54,859 nucleotides of DNA from Mustelus asterias (taxonomy: Eukaryota): NCBI RefSeq assembly GCF_964213995.1, contig NC_135817.1, positions 85,374,001 through 85,428,859 on the forward strand, read 5' to 3'. The translations under genes were made by a program, and so were the position numbers. Within the stretch, counting starts at the first letter, position 1; every line of letters starts with the position of its first letter. A model generated the notes under the pieces. That model saw only the letters and a program-made list of their open reading frames with translations, had not been told where the DNA came from and searched no databases. Shown here piece after piece: positions 37,877-51,033 of this stretch.

Positions 37877-39809
37877 GCTTCCTGTCCCACCATAGGTCAC
37901 CCCCACGCAAAATGCCATTGGTGGAACCGGATATGCCAGCGGCGGCCAGTGGCAAGCCGCTGTGGGTTTCTTCCAGGTTCTCCGGTTTCCTCCCACAGTC
38001 CAAAGATTGGACGGCACGGTGGCACAGTGGTTAGCACTGCTGCCTCACAGCACCAGGGATCCAGGTTCAAGTGTCCCAAGATGTGTAGGTTAGGGGAATT
38101 AATGGGGAAAATGTGTGGGGTTACGGGGATACGGCAGTCGGGCAGGGTTGGGCCTGTGGTGCAGGCTCGATGGGCCGAGTAACCTTCTTCAGCACTGTCG
38201 GGATTCTATGATTTGAATACATGCCACGATTGGCCGGGGGGGAGGGGGGGGGTGCAGAAAATCCCACCCCTTGTGGTATTCCTGCGTTTCTCCAATTCTG
38301 GTATCTCACTCGCTCTGGTTTTAATCACTTCAACATTGACAGGTTTGCCTACAGCTGCCTAAGCCCCAAGCTCTGGATTTCCTTCCCGAAACCTCTCTCC
38401 CTTTCTCCCTCTCTATCTTCTCCTGCCACACACATTTTAAAACCTGCCTCTTTGTCTGAGCTTTAAGTGCCTGTTGTGTAATCTCCTTATGTGGCTCAGT
38501 GTCAAATTTTGATTGGCAATGATCCCATGGATTACCTTGAGATGTTTTCCTGTGTTATTTAAGGTGCTATGTGAATGCAGGTCATTGTTGCTGCTGTGCA
38601 GTGTTGGTTGGCTTTACTTACCAAGTTTGTGGGGAACTATCGACACTGGTGTCTTCTGTCGTGATTTGAAGGAAGTGTTAAAGTGATGAATTGATTGGCG
38701 CCTGAAGCAGAGAGAGGGTCAAAATTTAAGAATGGGTTAGAGGTCAGAATGCCTGAAGGAAAGGAGAATATTGTGATCTGGAATACAGCAACAGGGCCTA
38801 GTTGGGCCGAATGGCCTTTTTCAATGTTGTAATTTCTGTGTGATTTTTTTCTTTTTATTCATGGGACATGGGTGTTGCTGGCTGGCCAGTATTTATTGCC
38901 CATCCCCCATTGCCCGAGGGCAGTTGAGAGTCAACCACATTGCTGTGGCTCTGGAGTCAGATGTCGGCCAGACCGGGGAAGGGCGGCAGATTTCCTTTTC
39001 TAAAGGACATTAGTGAACCAGATGGGTTTTTCCGACAATGGTTTAATGGTCATCAGTAGATTCTTAATTCCAGATGTTTTTTACTGAATTCAAATTCCAC
39101 CATCTGGCATGGCGGGATTCGAACCTGGGTCCCCAGAACATTAAAAGTAAAGCAAAGTTTATTTGTTAGTCACAAGTAGGCTTACATTCACACTGCAGTG
39201 AAAGTTACAGTAAAAATCCCCTAGCTGAGTTTCTAGATTAATAGTCGAGTGATAATACCACTAGGCCATTGCCGATTCTCTGAGTGTGAAATTTGTGTCA
39301 TAACTTCAAATCAAACTTTGAAAAAGAATGAGCTTGTATTTGCCTAGCACCTGTCGCAGTCTCGGGGCATCCTAAAGTGTGTGTGTGGCCACTTATGAAA
39401 TGTCATCACTGCTGCAATATGAACATACGAACGAGGAGCAGGAGTAGGCCATTCAGCCCCTCGAATCTGTTCTGCCCATTCAATAAGACCATGGCCGATC
39501 TGACTGTAACCTCAACGCCACGTTCCTGCCTCCTCTCGATGACCTTTCACACCCCCCTTGTTAATCAAGAATCTATCTAGCCGTGGAGATTGTAGCAGCC
39601 AAATTGTACACAGCAAGATCCCACAAACAGGGATGTGATGAATGACCCGATGATCTGTTGCACTAAGAGACAGAGATGGGCAGGACAGGATCATGAACTG
39701 TTCCTGTTCTTGGTAGGATAAGTGTTTGGGATCTTTTTTGCATCCAGCTAAGTGGGAAGACGGGTCCGCAGTTAAATGTCTCACCCAAATGGATTGGCTA
39801 CTGTACATT

Positions 39810-40245
39810 TTTTTGATTTGATTTAATTTATTATTGTCACATGTATTAACATACAGTGAGAAGCATTGTTTCTTGCACGCTATACAGACAAAGCATACCG
39901 TTCATAGAGAAGGAAACGAGAGAGTGCAGAATGTACCATTACAGTCAAAGCTAGGGTGTAGAGAAAAATCAAGTCCATTCAAAAGTCTGACGGCAGCAGG
40001 GAAGAAGCTGTTCTTGAGTCGGTTGGTACGTGACCTCAGACTTTTGTATCTTTTTCCCGACGGAAGAAGGTGGAAGAGAGAATGTCCGGGGTGCATGGGG
40101 TCCTTGATTATGCTGGCTGCTTTGCCGAGGCAGCGGGAAGTGTAGACAGAGTCAATGGATGGGAGGCTGGTTTGCGTGATGGATTGGGCTACATTCATGA
40201 CTTTTTGTAGTTCCTTGCGGTCTCGGGCCGAGCAGGAGCCATACT
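39810..40245 (-). mobile_element. Rex/Babar-type LINE 3' fragment
   Basis: IIKDPMHPGHSLFHLLPSGKRYKSLRSRTNRLKNSFFP motif. Confidence 0.85.
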
Positions 40246-40294
40246 ATGCTGCATGGATAAGGTCAGTCTCAAGTTACAGCACATTTCTACAGAA

Positions 40295-41703
40295 CTATAT
40301 TCAAGAAAGGGAACAGGGACAGCCCGGGAAATTACCGACCGGTGAGTCTAACCTCAGTGGTTGGTAAGTTGATGGAGAGGATCCTGAGAGACAGGATTTA
40401 TGATCATCTAGAGAAGTTTAGTATGATCAAAAGTAGTCAGCACGGCTTTGTCAAGGGCAGGTCGTGCCTTACGAGCCTGGTTGAGTTCTTTGAAAATGTG
40501 ACCAAACACATTGACGAAGGAAGAGCGGTGGATGTGGTCTATATGGACTTCAGCAAGGCGTTCGATAAGGTCCCCCATGCAAGACTTCTTGAGAAAGTGA
40601 GAGGGCATGGGATCCAAGGGGCTGTTGCCTTGTGGATCCAGAACTGGCTTGCCTGCAGAAGGCAGAGAGTGGCTGTGGAGGGGTCTTTCTCTGCATGGAG
40701 GTCAGTGACCAGTGGAGTGCCCCAGGGATCTGTTCTGGGACCCTTGCTGTTTGTCATTTTCATAAATGACCTGGATGAGGAAGTGGAGGGATGGGTTGGT
40801 AAGTTTGCTGACGACACCAAGGTAGGTGGTGTTGTGGATAGTTTGGAGGGATGTCAGAAGTTGCAGCGAGACATAGATAGAATGCAAGACTGGGCGGAGA
40901 AGTGGCAGATGGACTTCAACCCGGATAAGTGTGTGGTGATCCATTTTGGCAGATCCAATGGGATGAAGCAGCAGTATAATATGAAGGGTACCATTCTTAG
41001 CAGTGTAGAGGATCAGAAGGACCTTGGGGTCCGGGTCCATAGGACTCTTAAATCGGCCTCGCAGGTGGAGGATGCGGTCAAGAAGGCGTACGGCGTACTG
41101 ACCTTCATTAATCGAGGGATTGAGTTTAGGAGTCGGGAGATAATGCTGCAGCTTTATAGGACCCTGGTTAGACCCCACTTGGAGTACTGCGCGCAGTTCT
41201 GGTCACCTCATTACAGGAAAGATGTTGAAGCCATTGAAAGGGTGCAGCGGAGATTTACAAGGATGTTGCCTGGATTGGGGGGCATGCCTTATGAGGATAG
41301 GTTGAGGGAGCTTGGTCTCTTCTCCCTGGAGAGACGAAGGATGAGAGGTGACCTGATAGAGGTTTACAAGATGTTGAGAGGTCTGGATAGGGTAGACTCT
41401 CAGAGGCTATTTCCAAGGGCTGAAATGGTTGCTACGAGAGGACACAGGTTTAAGGTGCTGGGGGGTAGGTACAGAGGAGATGTCAGGGGTAAGTTTTTCA
41501 CTCAGAGGGTGGTGGGTGAGTGGAATCGGCTGACGTCGGTGGTGGTGGAGGCAAACTCGTTGGGGTCTTTTAAGAGACTTCTGGATGAGTACATGGGATT
41601 TAATGGGATTGAGGGCTATAGATAGGCCTAGAGGTGGGGATGTGATCGGCGCAACTTGTGGGCCGAAGGGCCTGTTTGTGCTGTGGCTTTCTATGTTCTA
41701 TGT
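40295..41703 (+). mobile_element. 5'-truncated CR1 LINE with open RT ORF (same subfamily as 23410-24840)
   Basis: RT motifs DFSKAFD, PQGSVLGP, FADD; ORF to 41625; TTCTATG tail. Confidence 0.95.
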
Positions 41704-41764
41704 AACACAGCAATTAGCAATTAAAGATTTACTATGCAAAGGCACCTGGTCTCTGAGCTGAATA

Positions 41765-41920
41765 TCCCCTGGGTCAGTGACGAGAGGTGGCATCGGGGTA
41801 GGGAGCACTGGGAGGAATCTGCTTGATGCTATTCCTGATCCGACTTGGAGGCAGATGCAGTAAACAGGAACAAATTCACTCTCTCTCACACACAAGCGAG
41901 CACCACGAGAATTAGCCAGG
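41765..41920 (+). promoter_or_regulatory. Unit 6 conserved promoter block (type B)
   Basis: TCCCCTGGGTCAGTGACGAGAGGTG; GTAAACAGGAACAAA; CAAGCGAGCACCACGAGAATTAGC. Confidence 0.7.
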
Positions 41921-42043
41921 ACATCCGGACAGATCCAAGAGACTCGTTTTGCTGCCTCTGCTTTGAAAGGTTTCAGAGAAGTTGTGCCCATTAATTGGGA
42001 AGATCGTTCAAAGATTGCCACGTCAGTGTGAATCAGAGGAGCG

Positions 42044-42203
42044 ATGAGGCTTCTGGACCTGAAGCTGCTTTACATGTTCCCTCAACTACAGTTCTGCTGT
42101 CACCTTTTTAACTCTGGTCCGATCGTTTCCAAAGACCAACTTTACCAAATTATCAGAAGTGTGGTGCCTAAAACAACAGTCGAGCCTCCTTACGACCAGA
42201 CAG
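42044..42203 (+). CDS. Variable first exon, unit 6 (type B): MRLLDLKLLYMFPQLQFCC...VEPPYDQT|G
   Basis: GGAGCGATG start, 53 codons plus 1 nt, donor CAG|GTAACT. Confidence 0.8.
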
Positions 42204-42572
42204 GTAACTGGTGTGTCCTTGTGTGCTGTCGCTCATTGTAATGTTAGGATTCTGTTCACCTCCTGGTCTGCTCCTTCTGCTGAAGGTGATGGTTCTACAG
42301 GTATCAGCAACCCTCTGTTACCCACAGACCAATTCCCATTTCTGCACCTAAACAGTGAACAGCTATTCAGCCAAGTGGAGCATCGCAGCAAAGCTCAGTG
42401 CTGACTTTGTCTGGCAGGAATCATAGAATCTACGGCACGGAGACGGGCCCTTCAGCCCAAACTGGCCCACACCAACCAAAATGCCCATCTAAGCTAACCC
42501 CATTTGCCTGCATCTGGCCCATTTCCCTCTAAACCTTCCCTATCCATGTATCTGTCCAAATGCCTTTTAAAT

Positions 42573-44013
42573 AAGACCATAAGACCATAAGACATAGGAG
42601 CGGAAGTAAGGCCATTCGGCCCATCGAGTCCACTCCACCATTCAATCATGGTTGATTTCAACTCCATTTACCCGCTCTCTCCCCATAGCCCTTAATTCCT
42701 CGAGAAATCAAGAATTTATCAATTTCTGTCTTGAAGACGCTCAACGTCTCGGCCTCCACAGCCCTCTGTGGCAATGAATTCCACAGACCCACCACTCTCT
42801 GGCTGAAGAAATTTCTCCTCATCTCTGTTCTAAAGTGACTCCCTTTTATTCTAAGGCTGTGCCCCCGCGTCCTAGTCTCCCCTGTTAATGGAAACAACTT
42901 CCCTACGTCCATCCTATCTAAGCCGTTCATTATCTTGTAAGTTTCTATCAGATCTCCCCTCAACCTCCTAAACTCCAATGAATATAATCCCACGATCCTC
43001 AGACGTTCATCGTATGTCAGGCCTACCATTCCTGGGATCATCCGTGTGAATCTCCGCTGGACCCGCTCCAGTGCCAGTATGTCCTTCCTGAGGTGTGGGG
43101 CCCAAAATTGCTCACAGTACTCCAAATGGGGCCTAACCAGTGCTTTATAAAGCCTCAGAAGTACATCCCTGCTTTTGTATTCCAAGCCTCTTGAGATAAA
43201 TGACAACATTACATTTGCTTTCTTAATTACGGACTCAACCTGCAAGTTTACCTTTAGAGAATCCTGGACTAGGACTCCCAAGTCCCTTTGCACTTTAGCA
43301 TTATGAATTTTGTCACCGTTTAGAAAATAGTCCATGCCTCTATTCTTTTTTCCAAAGTGTACGACCTCGCACTTGCCCACGTTGAATTTCATCAGCCACT
43401 TCTTGGACCACTCTCCTAAACTGTCTAAATCTTTCTGCAGCCTCCCCACCTCCTCAATACTACCTGCCCCTCCACCTATCTTTGTATCATCGGCAAACTT
43501 GGCCAGAATGCTCCCAGTCCCGTCATCTAGATCGTTAATATATAAAGAGAACAGCTGTGGCCCCAACACTGAACCCTGCGGGACACCACTTGTCACCGGT
43601 TGCCATTCTGAGAAAGAACCTTTTATCCCAACTCTCTGCCTTCTGTCTGACAGCCAATCGTCAATCCATGTTAGTACCTTGCCTCGAATACCATGGGCCC
43701 TTATTTTACTCAGCAGTCTCCCGTGAGGCACCTTGTCAAAGGCCTTTTGGAAGTCAAGATAGATAACATCCATTGGCTCTCCTTGGTCTAACCTATTTGT
43801 TATCTCTTCAAAGAACTCTAACAGGTTTGTCAGGCACGACCTCCCCTTACTAAATCCATGCTGACTTGTCTTAATCCGACCCTGCACTTCCAAGAATTTA
43901 GAAATCTCATCCTTAACGATGGATTCTAGAATTTTGCCAACAACTGAGGTTAGGCTAATTGGCCTATAATTTTCCATCTTTTTTCTTGTTCCCTTCTTGA
44001 ACAGTGGGGTTAC
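42573..44013 (-). mobile_element. 5'-truncated CR1 LINE (different subfamily) with open RT ORF
   Basis: ORF 42658-43977 with NYRPISLTS, DFQKAFD, PQGSVLGP, FADD; repeated (TCTTATGG) tail. Confidence 0.95.
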
Positions 44014-44471
44014 AAATGTTATAGAAAGGAGTCAAAGGGTTAATGGTCAGCATGTAGATTTACCCTTTAGCTTCCTCATTGAACAGGCAGCTGAGGCGGG
44101 ATCAGGATATTGAATTTGATGATCGGCCGTGATCAAAATGAATGGCGGAGCAGGCTCGAAAGGCCTAATGGCCTACTCCTGCTTCTAGTTTCTATGTTTC
44201 TACGAGTTTAATGATGGAAATCTTACTCCCTTCCCCATTTTCCAACACAGACCAGGCAGCAAACCTCTGTCTTGCTGCCTTGGTGCAGTGTCACAGGGAG
44301 CAGGGCACCCACACACTGGGGGGAACCCCAGTTGATGAGGTTGGTGAAGTTTATAATGAAGTATTTGGGTGTTTGTTTCAGGTTGGTAATCAATCCCCAG
44401 CAAAATGCTGGTGGTGTCAACCTGATAGTGAAAGATTTACCGAACGGGGTCACCTGGTCTGTGAGCATGGA

Positions 44472-44565
44472 CTCCCCTGGGTCAGTGTCGACAGGTGAGA
44501 GAAGGGTGGGGAGTGTCGAGGGACTCTGGGCCAAGATGGTCCCCAGTCAGTCCTGGTCCCAGTGA
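44472..44565 (+). promoter_or_regulatory. Unit 7 conserved promoter block (runs into an N gap)
   Basis: CTCCCCTGGGTCAGTGTCGACAGGTG; TCCCCAGTCAG. Confidence 0.65.
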
Positions 44566-45379
44566 NNNNNNNNNNNNNNNNNNNNNNNNNNNNNNNNNNN
44601 NNNNNNNNNNNNNNNNNNNNNNNNNNNNNNNNNNNNNNNNNNNNNNNNNNNNNNNNNNNNNNNNNNNNNNNNNNNNNNNNNNNNNNNNNNNNNNNNNNNN
44701 NNNNNNNNNNNNNNNNNNNNNNNNNNNNNNNNNNNNNNNNNNNNNNNNNNNNNNNNNNTCTGAAAGTCCCTCTGAGGGAGATGGGCAGTGTTCGATTCCC
44801 TGTGTCTGTGACAGAAACTACAGAAACCGCTCACTGCTGTTTTTTTTTCATTCATTCATGGGACATGGGCATCGCTGGCTGGCCAGCATTTGTTCAGTAA
44901 GAGTTTTAACAACACCAGGTTAAAGTCCAACAAGTTTATTTGGTAGCAAATGCCATTAGCTTTCGAAGCAGTGCATACCCCAGTTTACCCCAGTCCAACG
45001 CCGGCATCTCCACATCAGCATTTGTTGCCCATCCTTCATTGTCCTTGGAGGGCAGTTGAGAGTCAACCACATTGCTGTGGCTCTGGAGTCACGTGTAGAC
45101 CAGACCAGGTAAGGATGGTAGATTTCCTTCCCTAAAGGACATTAGTGAACCAGATGGGTTTTCCAACAATCAACAATGGTTTCATGGTCATCAGTAGATT
45201 CTTAATTCCAGATATTTTTTATTGAATTCAAATTCCACCAGCTGCCATGGTGGGATTTGAACCAGGGTCCCCAGAACATCAGCTGAGTTTCTGGATTAAA
45301 GTCTAGCATAATATCACGAGGCCATGGCCTCCTTGAAGTAGATTTGGGAGAGTTTCTATCACTGGGTGAATCATGAACC

Positions 45380-45560
45380 ATGTTTTTGTTTGAAGCAATG
45401 ATTCACACTTTGCATGAAGTGCGTATGTGTTCAATGTCTCATCTTTGTTTTCCTATGACCATCTTGTGGTGAGGGGCAATGAGAGGGAGACAGAGAGACA
45501 GAAAGAGTGAGTCTGATATCAGACCCACATGTAGCATCCTGCCGTCCTTTAACCCAACAG
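45380..45560 (+). pseudogene. Unit 7 pseudo-exon (type A): MFLFEAMIHTLHEVRMC / FNVSSLFSYDHLVVR / SDIRPTCSILPSFNPT|G
   Basis: Homology across frameshifts; deletion at the CC motif; TGA at 45470 in the ATG frame; donor CAG|GTAACT retained; SINE between promoter and exon. Confidence 0.72.
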
Positions 45561-45877
45561 GTAACTGGAGTGCTGTACCCTGTTTGCTTGTGTTGTGCAG
45601 ATCTTGCTGGTTCCTTTAAAATTTCTGGCCACTTCTGCGTGAAGCTGGTGATTTATGTAATCCTCCAGCTCTGCAGCCCATTCAGGTCTCTTGCGCTCTC
45701 AGAATTTCATTGCTCCAGATTTGACGGCAGTGGTAGCGTGGCCCCTTTAACGGGGGTGACCTTTGCGAGCCCCATGATTGGGCCGGACCCTATGGAGAGG
45801 CAGCGCGGGAAGCCAAGCCAATCAGGAGCGGGGGCGCACGTCCTGGGTTGGAGAGGATTCTCAGCTGGAGTCAGGGA

Positions 45878-46547
45878 GAACAAAGAACAAAGAACAATAC
45901 AGTGCAGGAACAGGCCCTTCGGCCCTCCAAGCCCGTGCCGCTCCCTGGTCCAAACTAGACCATTCTTTTGTATCCCTCCATTCCCACTCCGTTCATATGG
46001 CTATCTAGATAAGTCTTAAACGTTCCCAGTGTGTCTGCCTCCACCACCTTGCCTGGCAGCGCATTCTAGGCCCCCACCACCCTCTGTGTAAAATATGTCC
46101 TTCTGATATCTGTGTTAAACCTCCCCCCCTTCACCTTGAACCTATGACCCCTCGTGAACGTCACCACCGACCTGGGGAAAAGCTTCCCACCGTTCACCCT
46201 ATCTATGCCTTTCATAATTTTATCCACCTCTATTAAGTCTCCCCTCATCCTCTGTCTTTCCAGGGAGAACAACCCCAGTTTACCCAATCTCTCCTCATAA
46301 CTAAGCCCCTCCATACCAGGCAACATCCTGGTAAACCTCCTCTGTACTTTCTCCAAAGCCTCCACGTCTTTCTGGTAGTGTGGCGACCAGAACTGGACGC
46401 AGTATTCCAAATGCAGCCGAACCAACGTTCTATACATCTGCAACATCAGACCCCAACTTTTATACTCTATGCCCCGTCCTATAAAGGCAAGCATGCCATA
46501 TGCCTTCTTCACCACCTTCTCCACCTGTGACGTCACCTTCAAGGATC
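45878..46547 (-). mobile_element. CR1 3' portion
   Basis: VVKKAYGMLAFIGRGIEYK...LEKVQRRFTRMLPG motifs; AGAACAAAGAACA tail. Confidence 0.9.
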
Positions 46548-47395
46548 TCAAGGAGAAGAGAGTGAACTGTGTATTACAGCTCTGTTGGACCTTACCTTGT
46601 ATAAATTTTATATTAGCAACAAACCGTTTCTCGTTGGAGCCACAACGAGTTGCCTCCCAATTTACTACAGCGACCATCTCTTGAACTGTTTGGGCCTTAT
46701 GGTCTGGAATTCCCTTCCTAATCCAGACCACTCTTCCACCTCTCCTCATTCAAGGTGCTGCTGAGAATTTACCTCCTGATTCTGTTGTTTATGTGGCTCA
46801 GCGTCACGTTTGGTTTGACAGTGGGTGCTCTGAATCACCTCGGACGTTTCAGTACATCAAAGGCACCGTGTAAATGCAATTGTTGTTGCTGCAGTATGGT
46901 TGGGTTTATTTCCCAAGGTTGAGAGGAATGAGCTGCATTGGTGACTTGGTTGGAACAGAAGAGGCAGCAGGGTGAGTTGAGCTAAGTGTTCATAATGATC
47001 AAAGCAATTAGTGGCTGAAGCCGAGACACTGTCGACATTTAAGAGGAGATTGGAGAGGTGTGTGAAGTAAAAGGGGAACAGCAAGGTATGGAACAGGTGG
47101 AGGACAAACACCAACAGGGACTGGTTGGGCCGAATGGCCTTTTTGAGTGTTGTAATTTCTGTGGTGATCTTCCGAGTGTGAAATTTGTGTTGGTGAATTT
47201 TGTGTTCAATGAACAAAAAAAAATTGTTTAATTAATTATGGGAATTTCTTTTCCTGTGTAGGTACAAATCAAAGAAAGAACATGTGTTTATTTCGCGCCT
47301 GTCTAATTTAGGACATCCCAAAGTACTTTAACTCTCTTTGAAGTGTTCTCACTCTTGCAACGTGGATAATTGCAGCAACCAATTTGTACGCACTG

Positions 47396-47695
47396 GGCAG
47401 CACGGTGGCACAATGGTTAGCACTGCTGCCTCACAGCGCCAGCGACCCGGGTTCGATTCCCAGCTTGGGTGACTGTCTGTGTGGAGTTTGCATGTTCTCC
47501 CCGTGTCTGCGTGGGTTTCCTCCGGGTGCTCCGGTTTCCTCCCACAGTCTGAAAGACGTGCTGGTTAGGTGCATTGGCCGTGCTAAATTCTCCCTCAGTG
47601 TACCCGAACAGGCACCGGAGTGTGGATTTTCACAGTAACTTTATTGCAGTGTTAACGTGACACTAATAAATAAACTTTACACTTTAACTTTAAAT
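47396..47695 (+). mobile_element. V-SINE (alternative tail)
   Basis: Head, V-domain, tail. Confidence 0.87.
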
Positions 47696-47993
47696 CAAGC
47701 TCTTACAAAGAGCAGTGTGGGAAATAAGCAGATAGTCTTCATTGGGGCTATTACATGTAGGATAAGTATTTGCTCAGTCAGAAAGAGAAGTCTCTTCTTT
47801 GGATTTTTGCCTTGGGAGTTTTCACATCTTTCTCAGAGGGCAGACAGGCCTGCGGTTTAGCGTCACATCTGAACGAGCCCACATCCACGCACATGGGAGA
47901 CCCTGACTCGAGCTGTAACTCTGTGGCTGGCCGACATGTTGAATGTAGCAGGCAATGTTTATTCTACAGAGGCAGCTGCTGTGAGAGGTGAAC

Positions 47994-48150
47994 CTCCCCC
48001 GGGTCGGTGACGACAGGTGTGAGAAAGGACAGGTAGGAGGGATCTGGGAGCTGCAGCTCCCTGATCGACAGACTCTGAGGTGGTTGCAGGAAAGAGGAAC
48101 AAGCTCACCCTTTCTCTCAGACAAGTGAGTGTCACAGGAATTAGCTGATA
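47994..48150 (+). promoter_or_regulatory. Unit 8 conserved promoter block (type B)
   Basis: CTCCCCCGGGTCGGTGACGACAGGTG; AGGAACAAG; CAAGTGAGTGTCACAGGAATTAGC. Confidence 0.7.
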
Positions 48151-48273
48151 CATCCGGGCATTTCAGTGCGTCAAGGTCCCGCACCAAGAAGCTCGCTTGC
48201 GTATTGAGACGTTGCACATTTGTTTGGGAGGACTTTATTTTGGAAGGTTCCCACGGCAGCAGGAAGGAGAGGG

Positions 48274-48448
48274 ATGATGATGCTTCTATACCTTGAGCTG
48301 AACCACTTGTTTGTCGAGCTGCAGATGTGCTGCCAGATGTTTGGTTCCTATCCGCTCCTTTCCAATGACCAACTTAGGGACAGTATCAGAAGCACTGTGC
48401 CTAAACCAGGTACCAAGCTCGCTGCAGAGCCTCCTTACGACCATAAAG
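48274..48448 (+). CDS. Variable first exon, unit 8 (type B): MMMLLYLELNHLFVELQMCC...AAEPPYDHK|G
   Basis: 58 codons plus 1 nt, donor AAG|GTAACT. Confidence 0.8.
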
Positions 48449-49010
48449 GTAACTGCTGTATCCTCTTGTGCTCACTGTAATGTCGGGTTCAATCCCCGCC
48501 CCCTGTCCTGTCTTCCTGTTGAAGCCACTGACTGACCGGAGAGGGTTCCACAGGTGCAAGCAACCCTCTGTGATTCGCAACCCCAGTTTCCATTTGTGCG
48601 CTTGGATTGTTCGCCAGCTCTGCGACTGCAGGAAGCATCGTAGCTGAGCAGAATGCTGTCTTTGTCCAATGTCTCTCACTCTCTGGCAGTGGTTAAAGGG
48701 TTAATGTTCAGGTGCCAGCAGGAAGCAGAGGGAAGTTTTCAGTGGCTGGGCCAATGGGGAATCTGGTTAGCGATGGCGACCCCAGCTCCCTTCTCCCCTC
48801 ATCAGCACTGACAAGGGAGCAAATCTGTCTTGCTTGTGTTGTACAGATGAGTGTCACAGGGAGCAGGGCACACTGGGGAAATAAAGGTTGGTGACATTGA
48901 AGATTGAACGAATTGTGTGTTTGGTTCAGCTCTGAAATCTGGTCCTTTCAAATGCCAGTGATATGAATGGAATAGTGAAAGGTTTAATATACAGGGCCTA
49001 TGAAGTGAAT

Positions 49011-49245
49011 CTCCCCTGGGTGAGTGTTGCCAGATTGAGAAGCAGGAGTCAGGAGAGATTGTGAGCAAAGATATTCCCTAGCCAGTCCTGGTTTTAAGTA
49101 AATAGGAACAAACTCTCTCACAGACGCACAACGCCAGTGTCACAGAGAGTGGCAGAAACTCTCACTGGGAGAGAGAGAGAGAGTGTCAGTAACAGGCAGT
49201 GTGCTGCTGCCTGTGCAGAGAGAGACTGTCTCAATCTGCACCACA
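49011..49245 (+). promoter_or_regulatory. Unit 9 orphan promoter block (type A); no exon found downstream
   Basis: CTCCCCTGGGTGAGTG; GATATTCCCTAGCCAG; GTAAATAGGAACAAAC; GCCAGTGTCACAGAG; followed directly by SINE and Penelope fragments. Confidence 0.65.
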
Positions 49246-49502
49246 AGGGCTGGCACAATGGTTAGCACTACTGCCTCTCAGCACCAGAGACCCTGGTTCG
49301 ATTCTGGTCTGTGTGGAGTTTGCACATTCTCCCCATGTCTGAATGGGTTTTCTCTCCGGGTGTTCTGGTTTCCTCCCGTTTCGAGTCCAGATGACCCTCT
49401 GTCAAAGCTTTGACAAAGGATCATCTGGACTCGAAGCATCAGCTCTTTTCTCTCCTTACAGATGCTGCCAGACCTGTTGAGATTTTCCAGCATTTTCTCT
49501 CT

Positions 49503-49533
<31 letters not shown>

Positions 49534-49688
49534 CCTTCCTATTTTTCACTCTTTAAGATGTTATGTAAAATCTGACTGAGGTCTTTGGCTGCCTGTCCAC
49601 ATTTCTGGGTCTCAGGTGTTAGTTTGATTCAGTCTCCTGTGAAGCACCCTGGGAGGGTGTTTGGCTCTGACAAAGGTGCTATATAAAT

Positions 49689-50006
49689 GCAGCACAGTGG
49701 CACAGTGGCCAACACTGCTGCCTCAGCGCCAGGGTTCAATTCCCGGCTTGGGTCACTGTCTGTGTGGAGTCTGCACGTTCTCCCCATGTCTGCGTGGGTT
49801 CCCTCCGGGTGCTCCGGTTTCCTCCCACAGTCTGAAAGATGTGCAGGTTAGGTAGTTTGGCCATGTTAAATTGCCCCTTTGTGTCAGGGGGATTAGCAGG
49901 GTAAATACGTGGGGTTATGGGGATAGGGTCTGGGGGGGGGATTATTGTCGGTGCAGACTTAACGGGCTGAATGGCCTCCTTCTGCACTGTAGGATTCTCT
50001 GATTCT
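49689..50006 (+). mobile_element. HE1-like V-SINE
   Basis: Head, V-domain, tail. Confidence 0.85.
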
Positions 50007-50597
50007 GTAATGCAACTTATTGTTGCTGCTGCTGAGTTTATTACAAATCCACACACTGTGCCCCAAGCTAAGAGCTGGGTGGGTGGGTGGGGAATGGGGG
50101 GTGGGGGGAGGGGGGTGCGGAGGGTGGAGGAGGGGAGGAGGAAGGTGGGGGGAGGAGGGTGGGGAGGGTTGGGGGGGCGGTGACAGGCCACACAGGAGCC
50201 ATGACTCTGGCCCTCTCTGCCTGTGTGCCAGCTGTGTGGCTTTGTGGGTAGTGCTCTGGGTACTTGTGTCGGCAAGTTGAGGGTTCAAGTCCCACCCACG
50301 TTTCCAGTGAATCGAAAATACTGAGGCTGACGCTCGCAGCAAAATCGCTTTCCATTGGTGGCGAAGCACTTTGGAACATCCTGAGGTCGGGGAGTTGGGT
50401 TGTAAATAGAAGCGGGTTCATCCTGAATGGTGGTGAATCGGCGAGTGAGCCGGAGGGAGCCCCAGTGAGGGGCCGCACCAGCTGCTTTGTCGAACACGAC
50501 GCTCATTTAAACCCCTGGCAGTTATCTTTAATCAAGCCCAGTATCTGGTAATTAAGAGTTTACTGTCTGCAGCCACCTGGTGTGCCGCAGACTCCCC

Positions 50598-50725
50598 TCT
50601 CCCGGGACAGTGGGCACAGGTGAGAGAAGGTTAGGTCGAGCCAGGAGAGTTTGTGGGAAAACAGTTCCCAGCCCCGTGCGCCCGCTTTCTGTAAACACGC
50701 TGATTGGCAGCACAAAGCGAGAATC
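50598..50725 (+). promoter_or_regulatory. Unit 10 divergent promoter block
   Basis: CTCCCGGGACAGTGGGCACAGGTGAGAGAAGG; GTAAACAC; CTGATTGG (reverse CCAAT); CAAAGCGAGAATC. Confidence 0.55.
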
Positions 50726-50867
50726 GCAGGCGGCGGCAGGAACCCTCGCTGAGGCAGCAAGGCTGCTGCCTTGCAAAGGTGGCAGTCAATTCACAAAGAA
50801 TGCCAGTGTTGTTCCTGAGCGCTTCTGGGGATAGTCCTAAAAGACGGTGCGGCCTCTGGGAGCAACA

Positions 50868-51033
50868 ATGATGTACATGCAGCTTATTGAAATATTTATG
50901 GAGGTGCAGATGTGCTGTGTGCTTTTCAACAGCTTCCCACTCCTTTCTGACAAGCAACTGGTGCAGAGGCTGCGAGAGAAAGCAGCTATTGCTAAAACAC
51001 GTTTCAGCTCTGAGACCCGTTACGATGATACAG
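50868..51033 (+). CDS. Variable first exon, unit 10 (type B-like): MMYMQLIEIFMEVQMCC...SETRYDDT|G
   Basis: 55 codons plus 1 nt, donor CAG|GTAACT. Confidence 0.8.
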
